Shown piece after piece: positions 24,037 to 35,600 of a DNA stretch of 37,355 bases (positions are counted from its first letter, which is position 1; each line of letters begins with the position of its first letter). Location of the stretch: the IMG/VR virus record IMGVR_UViG_3300037991_004413, positions 1-37,355 of that record; one strand, 5' to 3'. The notes beneath the pieces were generated by a model. The model worked only from the letters and a program-made list of their open reading frames with translations, was not told where the DNA came from and did not search any database. The DNA is from a virus. Lineage: Duplodnaviria; Caudoviricetes. A program made the position numbers and the translations under genes.

Positions 24037-27000
24037 TGGCTAAAGGCGATATTAATATTAAACTTACTATTTCAGGTGACGGCTCGTTAAAGAAAGCCTC
24101 TACTGGAATAGATAAAGTTGTAAAAAGCGAGAAAGATGCTGAGAAGCAGTCGAAAAAGACTGATCAACAACTTAAGAAAACGAATAAAACTGCAAAAGAT
24201 TACGATAAGCAGAATAAATCGTTATATCAAAATAACTTAAGTTCAGCAAAAGGTTTCTCCAAAATGAATCAAACAATGGGCTCAGGAAGTTCTGGGCTTG
24301 TTGCTGCATATGCGACTTTAGCGGCTAACGTCTTTGCTGCAACAGCAGCTTTCAATGCTCTTCGTAGAGCTTCACAAACAGAACAGCTTATCCAAGCGTT
24401 AGAATCTCTAGGAGAAGCCTCAGGTAGAAACTTAGGTATTTTAGCAGATTCAATAAAAGACGCTACAGGAAATGCTATAGCACTTGACCAAGCACTCGCA
24501 ACAGCTTCAGTCGGAGCTAGTGCTGGTTTTGACCCATCACAAATCAAAGGACTAGCGGAAGTTGGTCGACTCGCAGCTATATCTCTTGGTAGAGATGTAG
24601 GAGATGCGGTTGACAGGCTCACAAGAGGTGCCGCTAAGCTAGAACCTGAGATTCTCGATGAATTAGGTATATTCGTTAGACTAGATGATGCTGCTGCACA
24701 GTATGCGGCATCTATTGGTAAATCTGCTTCTGAATTATCACGATTTGAAAAAAGACAAGCATTTACAAATGCTATTCTTACTCAAGGTAAGCAGAAGTTT
24801 GATGCTGCAGCAGCAATTGATCCAAGTCCATATGATCAATTAGCAGCTACTCTTTCAGACTTAGCAAGAACTATTATGAATGTATTTAATACTTTACTTG
24901 CTCCAATTGCAGGATTCTTTGCAAATAATACACTCGCTCTTGCAGGATTCTTAGCTATGATTACAAAAGGTATCATGGCTCAAGCTCTTCCAGCTTTACA
25001 AACTTTTGGTGAGAGAGCATTAAAAAATGCAGAACAAGCTGAGTCAAATGCAAACAGAGAAATAAATGCAAGTAATAAAGCAATTGCAACATTAAGAAAA
25101 AGACATACTCCAATTAAAGGATTAGGAGCTTCTTATAACGACTTAGCTAAAAAGATTCAAAAAGGGGAACATGAAACAAAAGATTTAGAAGCTGCACAGA
25201 AAAAACTCACTAACTATATATTAGGAGCGCAAAAAAGAATACAAAAAGGCGAAGTTAAAAATATAGAACTTGTAAATGAAAGAATAAAACAAGCAGAAAC
25301 AAGATTAAAACAAACAAGACAACTAGCAGAAGAAACAAAAAAAGCTCAAGCTGGTAGTGGAGCTATCGGTAGAGCTAGAGCAACCCAAAAGCTAGAAGGA
25401 AGAGGCGCAGCTATATTTGGCGACTTAGAGAAATCTGATGGAGGTCTAAAAGCTCACATGACTGCTATGAAGCGGTCAATAACAATTGGTAAACAGCATA
25501 TGCATACAACTGCCAAGAATACTCAGATGAATAAATTTATGGGCATGAGTTTTCTAGGATTAGCAAAACCAATGAATATAGCAAAAATAGGAATCACATC
25601 TTTTGGTATTTCAGCAAGGGTTGCTATTAAAGGTATAACAACAGCAATACCTGTTATTGGTCAACTATTACTTGTATTTGACCTACTTATATCTGGACTG
25701 AAAAAATTTACGCAATTCTTGAGAGGCATGGGAGATGAACAAACTGCACTACAAAAATCTAATAAAGCACTAGCAGAAAGTGCCAGAACATTTGCAAATG
25801 TACAAGAAAGAGCAAATAGAGAAGTTCTGAGTGCACAAGAAAGTTTAATATCACAAGGAAACGCTACTAAAGGTTTAATTGAGGCAAGTAAAGAGCAACA
25901 AAAACAAGCTAAAGCATCATACGACGAGCAAAATATTTTAGGAAAAATGCAAATAAAAATGGCTCAGAGAATAACATCATTCTTTAAAATAATGGGAAGA
26001 ACTTTTGGTGTTATGTCAGATGGCATTAGAAAGGCTCAATTAAATATGACTATTACTTTCAAATCAAGCCTACTTGAAATGCAAAAAGCTATGCAGCAGC
26101 TTGCAAAAGACTTTCCTAGACTTGCAAGTACAATGGGTATTTCAGCAGGTGATATTGATGTAAAAGGTACTGAAGATGCCTTAAACAGACTGAAGGACGA
26201 GATGGAAGAAATTGAAACTAAACAAGCATTTCAAGCAAGCTCAGCTGGGTTAGCCCAGTTAAATAAAATACTTAATGTTTCTGACGCGTCTTTTAGTACT
26301 TTTGAAACTATACTTACTGGTGTAGGAGACGCTTCTAACGAATTAAGAAAATCTATAGGAGGAATAGATGCTGATTTAGTTATTGCAATGGCAACCTCAG
26401 GAAAAGCTTTTGGCGAGTTTGAGAAGGGAACAAAAATTCAAGAGCTTCTTGCAAATGCTATAGATGAGAATGGGGCCCATAAATACCCAGAATTACTAGA
26501 TGGTATTCAAGGGGCAGCAGAGATGCAAACATTCTTCAATGCTATAGCTGAAGAAGGAACAAAAAATACTGTAACTTTAGCAGAAGGCGTTGAAAATATG
26601 AAAAATGCTTTTAGAGAAAGTGAGCAAAAAGTTGGAGAGTTTGTAAATACACTTAAAAAGAGTACTAAGTTTAGAACTGTTATATCAGAATTACAAAATA
26701 TTACATCTGAAATGGATAAGATGTTTCAAAGAGATGAAGACGGCGAGCTAATTAATGCAGATAACTTAGAACAAGCAAAAATGGCAATATTCCAAACTTT
26801 TGGAGAAATGGGTAAAGGATTTAATGACTTAGTTATTGGGCCAATTGATCAGCAAACTCTGGAAACTACCAGACAAAAATTTGACGATCAAGTATCAGCT
26901 TTAGAGAATGGAAATGCAGAACAAAGAGAAATGGCTGCACAGATGAGAGCTAATGGTTTCCAAGCTTTTCTTATTTCTGAGTTATACGAAGGAAATACAG

Positions 27001-28937
27001 AACTTTTAGAAGCGCAAGTCAGAAAAGTAGAAGAACAACTTAAACTTGCAAATAATTTAGTAGGAACAGAAAAAGTTAGATTGAGTATACTTAAATCTCA
27101 AGAAACAGCAGTTAAAGCTTTTAGCAAACAAAATGAAGCTGCAGCCGAAATACAAGCAAGGTTAGCAAATGATCAACTAAATGTAACAGGCGATAGAATG
27201 AGAGCGGAAGCAGCAATTCAAGAGGGCTTACTAACAGAAGAAACTCTTAATAAAGTCAAAAGAGGTGATATAGCAGCCATAAATCAGTTAAAAGGAGAAG
27301 AACAAGATAGAGCCTTTGCATTACTTGAAACATATGAAAACATACGAGTAAATGATGAAAAGATAAAAAGCGAAAGAGAAATACAACTTGATGTAGATAG
27401 AGCACTATATGAACAAGCTCTTTTAAATGAAAAAAATAGAAAAGAAGGAGTAAAAACACTAAAAGCACAAACAAAACAATTAGCTATTCAAGCAAATCTA
27501 GCTGTAGGTAGAGGAGGACAAGAGTCTCCGGCAGCTAAACTAAAAGCAGAAAGAACTGCTGCAAGAGAAAAAGTAAAAGCCGCTATACAAGAATTATCAC
27601 TATTAGGAGAAAGACTTAGTATTGAGTCAGAAATACTCCTTATTAATTTAGAACAATCAGGGGTTGCTACCGATGATGAAAGATATATAAGAATTAAAAA
27701 ATCATTAGAAGAAAGACTTGAGCGAGAAAAAGAGATATCAAAAGAAAAAATAAAACAAGCAATAGCCGAAGAAAAAATGGTTGGAGCAAGTGCATTTAAA
27801 GGACTTCAATCAGATACTACTGGAAGTAAATTAGTAGAAGGCACAGACACATTTTTAACAAGTATTGCAGATAGACAAGTCGGTACTGGAGAGTTAGATG
27901 CCGAAGGTAATGAAATAATGGAAACCCAAAAAGCTACTATGCAAGAAAGATTAGAGGCTATGAGTACTGCACTACAACCTATGAGAGATGAATTAATGAA
28001 ACTTGGGCCAGAGGGAGAACTTGTAGTTGCTGCTCAAGAGGGAATACTACTTATGGCTTCTTCATTTGATATTATTGCAGAAAAAGGATTGGGTAGTGCA
28101 GAAGGACTAGCCGCTATGGGGTCAGCAATAGGATCAATGGGTAAAATATTTGCAGCAGAAGCAAAAGCACAGACAGCTGAAATAGACAAACAAATAGCGG
28201 CAGAACAAAAGAGAGATGGTAAGTCTGCAGAATCTATGGCAAAAATAAAAGCTATGGAGAAAAAGAAAGAAGAGATAGAAAGAAAAGCATTTGAAAGAAA
28301 TAAGAAAATGCAAATGGCACAAACTGTAATGAATACTGCGGCATCTATTATGGGTGTACTTTCTGGTGTAAAAGATCCGCTAGTTACTGCTCCTCTCGCT
28401 GTTGCACAAGCAGTTATGTTTGGTGCTATGGGTGCTGCTCAATTAGCAATTATTTCAAAACAAACTTTCCAAGGAGGAAGCACAAGTATAGAAAAACCTA
28501 GAGCTTCTTTAAATATAGGAAAAAGAGCAGACTCAGTAGATGTTACAAGAGCTACAAGTGCAGGAGAACTTAACTACTTACGAGGCGGCAGAACAACAGG
28601 ACAAGATTTAGGTGGCATACCGGGTGGAGCAATGGGTAGAAAAGGATACGCAATGGGCTTCAAGAGCGGGTATGCAGATGGTGGAGTAGTAGTCGGAGAA
28701 AGAGGCCCAGAGGTAATAACTCCAGCTACTGATGTAGATATAGTACCAAACTTTGCACTTGGTGGAGGAACTACAAATGTAAACTTCTCAATAAATACAA
28801 TTGACGCCTCTGGAGTAGAAGATGTTCTTATGAATCAACAAGGAAATATCATAAGAATGATTAGACAAGCAGCCAACGAAAATGGCGAAGATTTCTTAGA
28901 AACAATAGACACACAGACATATGGGAGTAGTACATAA
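24036..28937 (+). CDS. Tape measure protein (T5 pb2-like), 1633 aa
   Basis: LVAAYATLAANVFA, RLTRG.AKLEPEILDELGI, long Ala/Gln/Glu-rich helices, C-terminal YADGG..VGERGPEVITP. Confidence 0.93.
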   Translation: MAKGDINIKLTISGDGSLKKASTGIDKVVKSEKDAEKQSKKTDQQLKKTNKTAKDYDKQNKSLYQNNLSSAKGFSKMNQTMGSGSSGLVAAYATLAANVFAATAAFNALRRASQTEQLIQALESLGEASGRNLGILADSIKDATGNAIALDQALATASVGASAGFDPSQIKGLAEVGRLAAISLGRDVGDAVDRLTRGAAKLEPEILDELGIFVRLDDAAAQYAASIGKSASELSRFEKRQAFTNAILTQGKQKFDAAAAIDPSPYDQLAATLSDLARTIMNVFNTLLAPIAGFFANNTLALAGFLAMITKGIMAQALPALQTFGERALKNAEQAESNANREINASNKAIATLRKRHTPIKGLGASYNDLAKKIQKGEHETKDLEAAQKKLTNYILGAQKRIQKGEVKNIELVNERIKQAETRLKQTRQLAEETKKAQAGSGAIGRARATQKLEGRGAAIFGDLEKSDGGLKAHMTAMKRSITIGKQHMHTTAKNTQMNKFMGMSFLGLAKPMNIAKIGITSFGISARVAIKGITTAIPVIGQLLLVFDLLISGLKKFTQFLRGMGDEQTALQKSNKALAESARTFANVQERANREVLSAQESLISQGNATKGLIEASKEQQKQAKASYDEQNILGKMQIKMAQRITSFFKIMGRTFGVMSDGIRKAQLNMTITFKSSLLEMQKAMQQLAKDFPRLASTMGISAGDIDVKGTEDALNRLKDEMEEIETKQAFQASSAGLAQLNKILNVSDASFSTFETILTGVGDASNELRKSIGGIDADLVIAMATSGKAFGEFEKGTKIQELLANAIDENGAHKYPELLDGIQGAAEMQTFFNAIAEEGTKNTVTLAEGVENMKNAFRESEQKVGEFVNTLKKSTKFRTVISELQNITSEMDKMFQRDEDGELINADNLEQAKMAIFQTFGEMGKGFNDLVIGPIDQQTLETTRQKFDDQVSALENGNAEQREMAAQMRANGFQAFLISELYEGNTELLEAQVRKVEEQLKLANNLVGTEKVRLSILKSQETAVKAFSKQNEAAAEIQARLANDQLNVTGDRMRAEAAIQEGLLTEETLNKVKRGDIAAINQLKGEEQDRAFALLETYENIRVNDEKIKSEREIQLDVDRALYEQALLNEKNRKEGVKTLKAQTKQLAIQANLAVGRGGQESPAAKLKAERTAAREKVKAAIQELSLLGERLSIESEILLINLEQSGVATDDERYIRIKKSLEERLEREKEISKEKIKQAIAEEKMVGASAFKGLQSDTTGSKLVEGTDTFLTSIADRQVGTGELDAEGNEIMETQKATMQERLEAMSTALQPMRDELMKLGPEGELVVAAQEGILLMASSFDIIAEKGLGSAEGLAAMGSAIGSMGKIFAAEAKAQTAEIDKQIAAEQKRDGKSAESMAKIKAMEKKKEEIERKAFERNKKMQMAQTVMNTAASIMGVLSGVKDPLVTAPLAVAQAVMFGAMGAAQLAIISKQTFQGGSTSIEKPRASLNIGKRADSVDVTRATSAGELNYLRGGRTTGQDLGGIPGGAMGRKGYAMGFKSGYADGGVVVGERGPEVITPATDVDIVPNFALGGGTTNVNFSINTIDASGVEDVLMNQQGNIIRMIRQAANENGEDFLETIDTQTYGSST

Positions 28938-29650
28938 TGGCAACATTTAGTAATTTTACAGATAGATTACCAGATCCAAACTGGACAATAAGTGCCGCAG
29001 GTGACGGGCATGCTAGTAGTTATACTGCTGGACCAGGTTTCAAGACAGTAAAATTCACTAGTGAGCAACCAACTTCGATATCAAGAACAAATAGTGGAAG
29101 AGTGATAACTCGAGCAATAGTAGGACAGAGGTGGAAAATTTCTATAACATACAATCCAATGACTCGTGCGGAGTTCGAGCCCGTATACAATTTTTTATTA
29201 GAGAAGCGTGGTAGACTAAAGCCATTCTTCGTTAAATTACCGCAACATAGTCCTCAAACATCAACTTCATCAGCATATACAATTCAAGGGCCAGTATCTG
29301 CTGGAGCGGATAATTTATTAGTAACTGTCGCAGCCTCAGGAGCAAATTTAGCTGTAGGCGATACTTTTACGATAACAGACAGTCAAAATTCAAATCACAA
29401 AAAACTTTATCAAATAGTAAGAGTCGCAGACTCTTCAAATAAATTAAGTTCTGATTCAGCACTTAATTTAGCTACTGAAAGAAGGTTGTATATACACCCA
29501 CCACTTCAATCAAGTGTAACTAATGGTTCCACATTGAGCTATGCAACTCCTTTAATAAGAGTAATCTCTACCTCAGATGTAAGAGAGTATAGTCTTGGAA
29601 CAAATAACTTATACAACTTTTCTCTGAGTTTAGAGGAGGCTCTTCCCTAA
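28937..29650 (+). CDS. Distal tail protein (T5 pb9-like)
   Basis: RLPDP, GPGF..V, NSGR, W.ISITYNPMTR.EF; follows the tape measure gene (TAATG overlap). Confidence 0.85.
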   Translation: MATFSNFTDRLPDPNWTISAAGDGHASSYTAGPGFKTVKFTSEQPTSISRTNSGRVITRAIVGQRWKISITYNPMTRAEFEPVYNFLLEKRGRLKPFFVKLPQHSPQTSTSSAYTIQGPVSAGADNLLVTVAASGANLAVGDTFTITDSQNSNHKKLYQIVRVADSSNKLSSDSALNLATERRLYIHPPLQSSVTNGSTLSYATPLIRVISTSDVREYSLGTNNLYNFSLSLEEALP

Positions 29651-32600
29651 TGGCAAAAAGAATAATTGATAGTGCAATCGAAACTCATTTAATTAATAAT
29701 GAGCCGTTTGAGTATGCGCATTTAATAAAGTTTGAAAGACCTTTTCACTCAAAAGACGGTGAGTTTCGTAGTAATGATAATCGTTTTGTACATCTAACAG
29801 ATGGAGCAAGAGATATTGAATTTAGAGGAGATACTTATAGAGCTCATCAACTAGTCACCGTAGGAAACTACTCAGAAACTGTTCAAGCAAAAGCAACAAA
29901 TATGAACTTAACAATGCCAGGTGAGTACTTAGGCAGCGAAGTCGTAGTTACAGGAACACTATCAGCAAATAATTCAGCAAGAGCATTATCAGATACTGCT
30001 ACTTTAGAAGTTACAACAACTTTCTATGAAGGATATAAATTTGATTGGATAGAGCAAGGATTCAAAGTTGGAGATAAAATATCCATTAAAAGAAATAATG
30101 GACAAGTATTTGCAGCAGGAACAGATGCGGCAAGTGTAGTAAGACCTGCTACAAATGAAAAAAGATTTATCATAGCTGGAGTAAGTAATGATAACTTAAC
30201 AATAACACTAAAACAAACTGGTATTGATGAAGATGATTCTTCATTCTTAGTATCAAATTCAAGTGATACTTTCAAAGTTGCACTACTAAATGATGAATTA
30301 CGAGGGGCTTTACAAGATAAAGGAACAGAAAGCACACTAAATCAAGATGTAAGAAACTCTACTACTTTAACTATTCAAACAGCAAATAACAAAATAGAAC
30401 TAGGACAACTTGTTTCTGGTATAGGAGTTGAAGTTGAAACTTATGTAACTTCTGTAAGTGGAACTACCATTACAGTAAGTAAAAGTCAAAACTACATCTC
30501 AGCGTCTACAAAATTAGTATTTACCAACCCTTCATTCATAAATAGAAAAGTAGAAGTTTATAAAGTATTTTTTGATTCAGAAGGAAATATGTTGGGTAAT
30601 GGAGTTTTAACTTTTAAAGGATTTATTACTTCTACTAATATTCAAGAAGCTCCTAACTCAAGTAAAGTTCAATGGAATATGACAAGTCATTGGGGAGACT
30701 TTACTCAAGTAAATGGAAGAATAACTTCTGATGAGATACATAGAGCATTAGACTCAAACGGTAAACCACAAAAAGCGTTAGCAGTACGACCATCATATGC
30801 AGGAGACTTAGGTTTTTTACATGGAGATAGCTCACTTAACGCTCTTGCAACTTATCAAACTTCTGAAACTAGATATAGAAATAAGTCAAAGAAAAGAGGT
30901 GGCTTAGCAGGACTTCTTGGTGGAACTAAAAACTATATAGAAGAATATCAAGAAACAGTAGATCACGAAGTTGATTTAAGTGTATATCTACAAGGTAAGT
31001 TTTTACCTGTAGTTTATGGAGTTCAAAGAGTACCTGGTATACCTGTGTTTGCTGATACTAAAGCAAATGACCCAAATCAAGTATATGTAGCATATGCAAT
31101 CGCAGAAGGAGAGATTATGGGTATATACAATATGTATGTCGATAATCAGTCAATACTTTGTGTAGACGAGCAAGATTCAGATTTAAGATCACTAACAAAT
31201 ACAGATACAGACGATAGTCAAGTACTAGTATGTGTTGGACGAGTTGACCAAGGACAAACTTTAGGTGGAGCAGATGCAACATCTGGAGGAACTCTCTCAT
31301 TTGAAGAGTGGCTTGATGAAATGGGCGAAGAGTTAGAAGATGAATGGAATGGAGATAATGACCATCTTTTTGGAGAATATGAGGACTATGTAGCACTAAA
31401 TGAAGGAGCTATTGGAAATGTAAGCGCATCTAATAATGCAGGTGGGTTACAGCACAAAGAATCTATAACAGTAGGTCACCCATTTGATATGAAGTTTGAG
31501 TTTCATTCAGGACAACCACATCAGAAAGCAAGTAACATGCTTGTTTCAGTAGCTCAGGCAACTGGTGATGCAAATAAGTTTAAAAGACAAGTTGATTATT
31601 ATACTGGAGATGAGCCTTATTGGAGTACTCATTCTAGATTATTAGACACGGCTTATGTTGCAACTAAATTTACAGTTGACCCAGACCAAACAACAGTCCC
31701 AGAAATAGAGTATGTTGTTAGAGGTAAATCTATAGACGCATATAACTATGATGGAACTTTCTTTCCTGACCCTGTGTATCAATTAAGCACACATTCTGAC
31801 TTTGGTGGAGAAGCAGATAGTGAAGCTAATTTCAAAGAGGGAGATATAGTAACAGTAGAAACTTCCTCAAATGGAACTACTTGGCAAGCAGAAACAAACT
31901 TTAGAATACTACATAAGTATCAATTACAATCTACAAGAAATACTTTTGAATACAGATTCATACTAGATAAAATGCCAAACCTAGGAATCAATGGTGTTTC
32001 AGGTATAGAAATAACAAATGCAGGATCGGGATATACTTCAAATCCAACTATATCGTTCTCAGGTGGTGGAGGTAGTGGAGCTGCTGCAAGTACTGAAAAA
32101 GTAGTAAAGAGTACTTTTGGAGTAAAACATACTCAAGGTTTTATAAATAACTCAAATGGTTCATTAACAGGAGCAAGGATAACTGATGCAGGTTCTGGAT
32201 ATACTTCAGCTCCAACTGTAAGTATATCAGGTGGCGGAGGCTCTGGAGCAACTGCTACTGCAATAGTTGGTGAGTATGGAGTGCCTATAAGAAAATTTGT
32301 AAGACTAAAATCAAGTAATAATAAATATTGGCATATGATGACATGGAACACAAATGTTCATGATACTCCTGTAAACTTTGCAACTTCAAATAGTCTCGGT
32401 GTTAGCAGTATGGTTACTAATAGTAATGGCTATATAGAAATAACTCTAACATCAGATGGAGCTACAAAGATAGGACAACTTTATCCTAATATATCAAATA
32501 GTTCTGATACAAGTAACGCTTACATTCAGTTAGGTGGTACGTTGCCAGCAGTTATTGGTTCTGTAAAAGATAAAACTTTACGAGTTACAAAAAGTGGAAA

Positions 32601-35600
32601 TGTACTGACTGTACTTGGTAGAAAGTTTAATGCAAATGTAAGTAATTTTGCAAGTGGAGTTACAGTTCACCCAGCAAGTGCTTATTACTTACAAAGCACA
32701 ACTCACGACCATAGAACTAATATTTCAGCACTAACTTCAGCAGAGTTAGTAGGGTCTTACTTAGAGCATGTAGAAACAGGAGAATTTAGAAGAATTGAAT
32801 CAGTTGATACATCTAATAACATTGTATTCTTAGAATCTGGTTTAGCATTTACTCCAACAATAACAGGAACTTTATCTAATAATGATACTTATGTAATTCA
32901 TGGCAAAGGTTTAGATAGAAGAAGCTCTATAAATCCAGCACTACAAACCACAGATATGCTTACAAATAATAGATACGGTAAAGGATTAAGTATTGAAGAC
33001 GATATTGATATAGCTTCAGTTAGAGAATCTGCACTTTTATGTGATACTCGTTCTGATGTAATTGTACCTCTAGATGGTACTAGTGCCAATGTTGTTGCAG
33101 GAGAAGTTTATAAATTAACAGATGGTAGTGGAAATCATATTGCTTCTGGTAAAGTAACAAAAACTGTTAGTAATGCAACAAGTGTAACTTTTACTGATGT
33201 CTCAGGGAAGTTCTGTAGAGATTATCATAACTACATATTATACAGGCCAGGAGACATACTTAGAACTTTCGATGGCACAACTCCAAAATATTTTAGATTT
33301 ACAGGAGGCACAGCAGCATATCAAGCTACTCAACCAACCGCAACTGGAGGAAACTGGACACTATTAACTGGAACATCAGTTAATTTAACCAGAGTTGATG
33401 CTTTTGGTACTTCTGGAAGTTCTACTATTCCTATGGAAATAGAAGGAGTAAGATTAAGATATACACTATATGATTCAGACTTTGTAAGATATTGGAGATA
33501 CATTGGTTGGGAAGATAACAGACAATGGGCAGTAACAAGACACCAAACTAATTTTGTCATTGACACATCAAAATCGGTGTTTGCAAACATGAACGCTATA
33601 CTATCTCACTATAATGGAATTTTATCATATTCAAATGGAAAGTATGTTTTAGATGTAGAAACTCAAGAAGCCACTCCAACAGCTTCTATTTCAAATGGAA
33701 TTCAATCAAATCCCGAATACATTGATGAATCTGATATTATTGGAACAATAAATTTAAATGATAATAGTAATAAAAATGGAAAAAATACAATTAAAGCAAG
33801 TATAAATGATCCACAAAATCATTTTGGTTCTCGTAGTGTTTCATTCTTTAATTCAGACTATCTAAAAGCAGATAGAAATGTAGTTAAAACAGGAAGCTAT
33901 CCTGTTACTGGAATAACAAGTTACTATAATGCAAGAATCGGAGTAGAAAAAGAATTAGTACAAAGTAGATTCAGCAAAGAGATTTCTTTTACAGTCGGGC
34001 CAAGAGGTTTACTACTCAAACCAGGACAGGTTTTTGCTTTAACTTATGCTCCATTTGGTTTTGAAAGTAAACTATTTAGAATAGAAAATTTAACTTTTAA
34101 TGCTAACTGTAATACAAGTATTAAAGCAAGGGAGTATGATGATACAATTTATGCAATCACAGAACAAACTGCATCAAGAGCGCACAGGTCTTCTGCAGGT
34201 ATTAGAACAACATTAACAGCACCAGGAGCACCAACAAGTTTAGCTACTGCTACAGCTAAGCCAGGTATAATTACTTTAAACTGGACAAATGCATCAGACT
34301 ACAAAGAAGCTAGTGATTCAACAGAAATCTGGAGAGCAACTAGCCAGAGTGGTAATGCATCAACAGCGGTAACAGCTCATGCTACTTTAATCTCAGTAGT
34401 TGATAATGCACAAACATTTAATGATGCAGTAGGTACGCCAGGTACTTATTATTACTGGATAAGACACACTAGAATGACTGCAAGAACAGGTACTAATGCA
34501 GCACAGAAACTAGACGGTAATTTTGATATCGTAAGTGGAACAACTTCAAGAAACTCAAATCAAGGAGTCTCAGGAACAGCGAACTTACTATCACCACAAC
34601 TTGATGTTGATATATCAAGTATGCAAATTAAATTTAATGATAGTGGCTCAATTAGTCCTTCAGGCTCAGCACAAGATGTAACAGCTACGGCAACTCTCAG
34701 AAACATAAACGCAAGTAGTGTAGATTTTAAGATTGTAGACCTTAACTATACAAGTGGTACGAATAGTCAAAATGATGTACTATTTACAAGTCCTGCAGCT
34801 GCAAACGCAACTGTAAATACTTCAGGAAGTCCTAAGACAGCATCAATAACAATTGACGCAGATACTGCAAGTGAAAATACTACAAATAAATTCTTATTAG
34901 TACAAGCTACTGATACAGGAGAAACATTTACAGAAAAGATACCAATTACAATTACAAAAGATGGTAGCTCAGGAAGTATTGGTTCTGACGCATTTGCTGT
35001 TAAAATAGTACCAAATCGTCATGTAGTAACTTATTCTGCAAAAAGAGATGTTGAAGAAGAAACTGACACTTCAAACATTACTTTTGACTGTTCGGGTGAT
35101 TTAACACAAGGAACATTTACTGGAACTAAAAAATATGAATTTATAGTTACTCCACCAGGTGGAGGAGCAAGAACAGCACAAGCAAGTAGTGCTACAGATA
35201 CTTTTACTCTTGATGATAATGCAGCCGTTACTGTTGCTTTTACAAATGGAAGTAATGCAGCTGTAGCTTCAGGTGGAACAAGTGACTTCCAAGTAGGACA
35301 AAGTGTTCGTGCTTCAGCTGTACCTAATAATACTACTGTAACAGCATTAAGTGGAAATAATATTACTTTAAGTGCAAATGCAACTGCAACTGGAAACTTT
35401 ACTACTGATATAAGTGATGAACCGGGAGCAGGACAAGTAACAACTGTTAAAGTAAAATTAAGACAAGGAAGTAGCAACACAGTATTAGCACAAGATAGTG
35501 TTTCAATATTTGGTGTAAAAGATGGGTCAGATGCAATTACTGCCTTTCTAACTAATCCAAGTCACACAGTTCCAACTGATTCAAGTGGAAACATAGACGC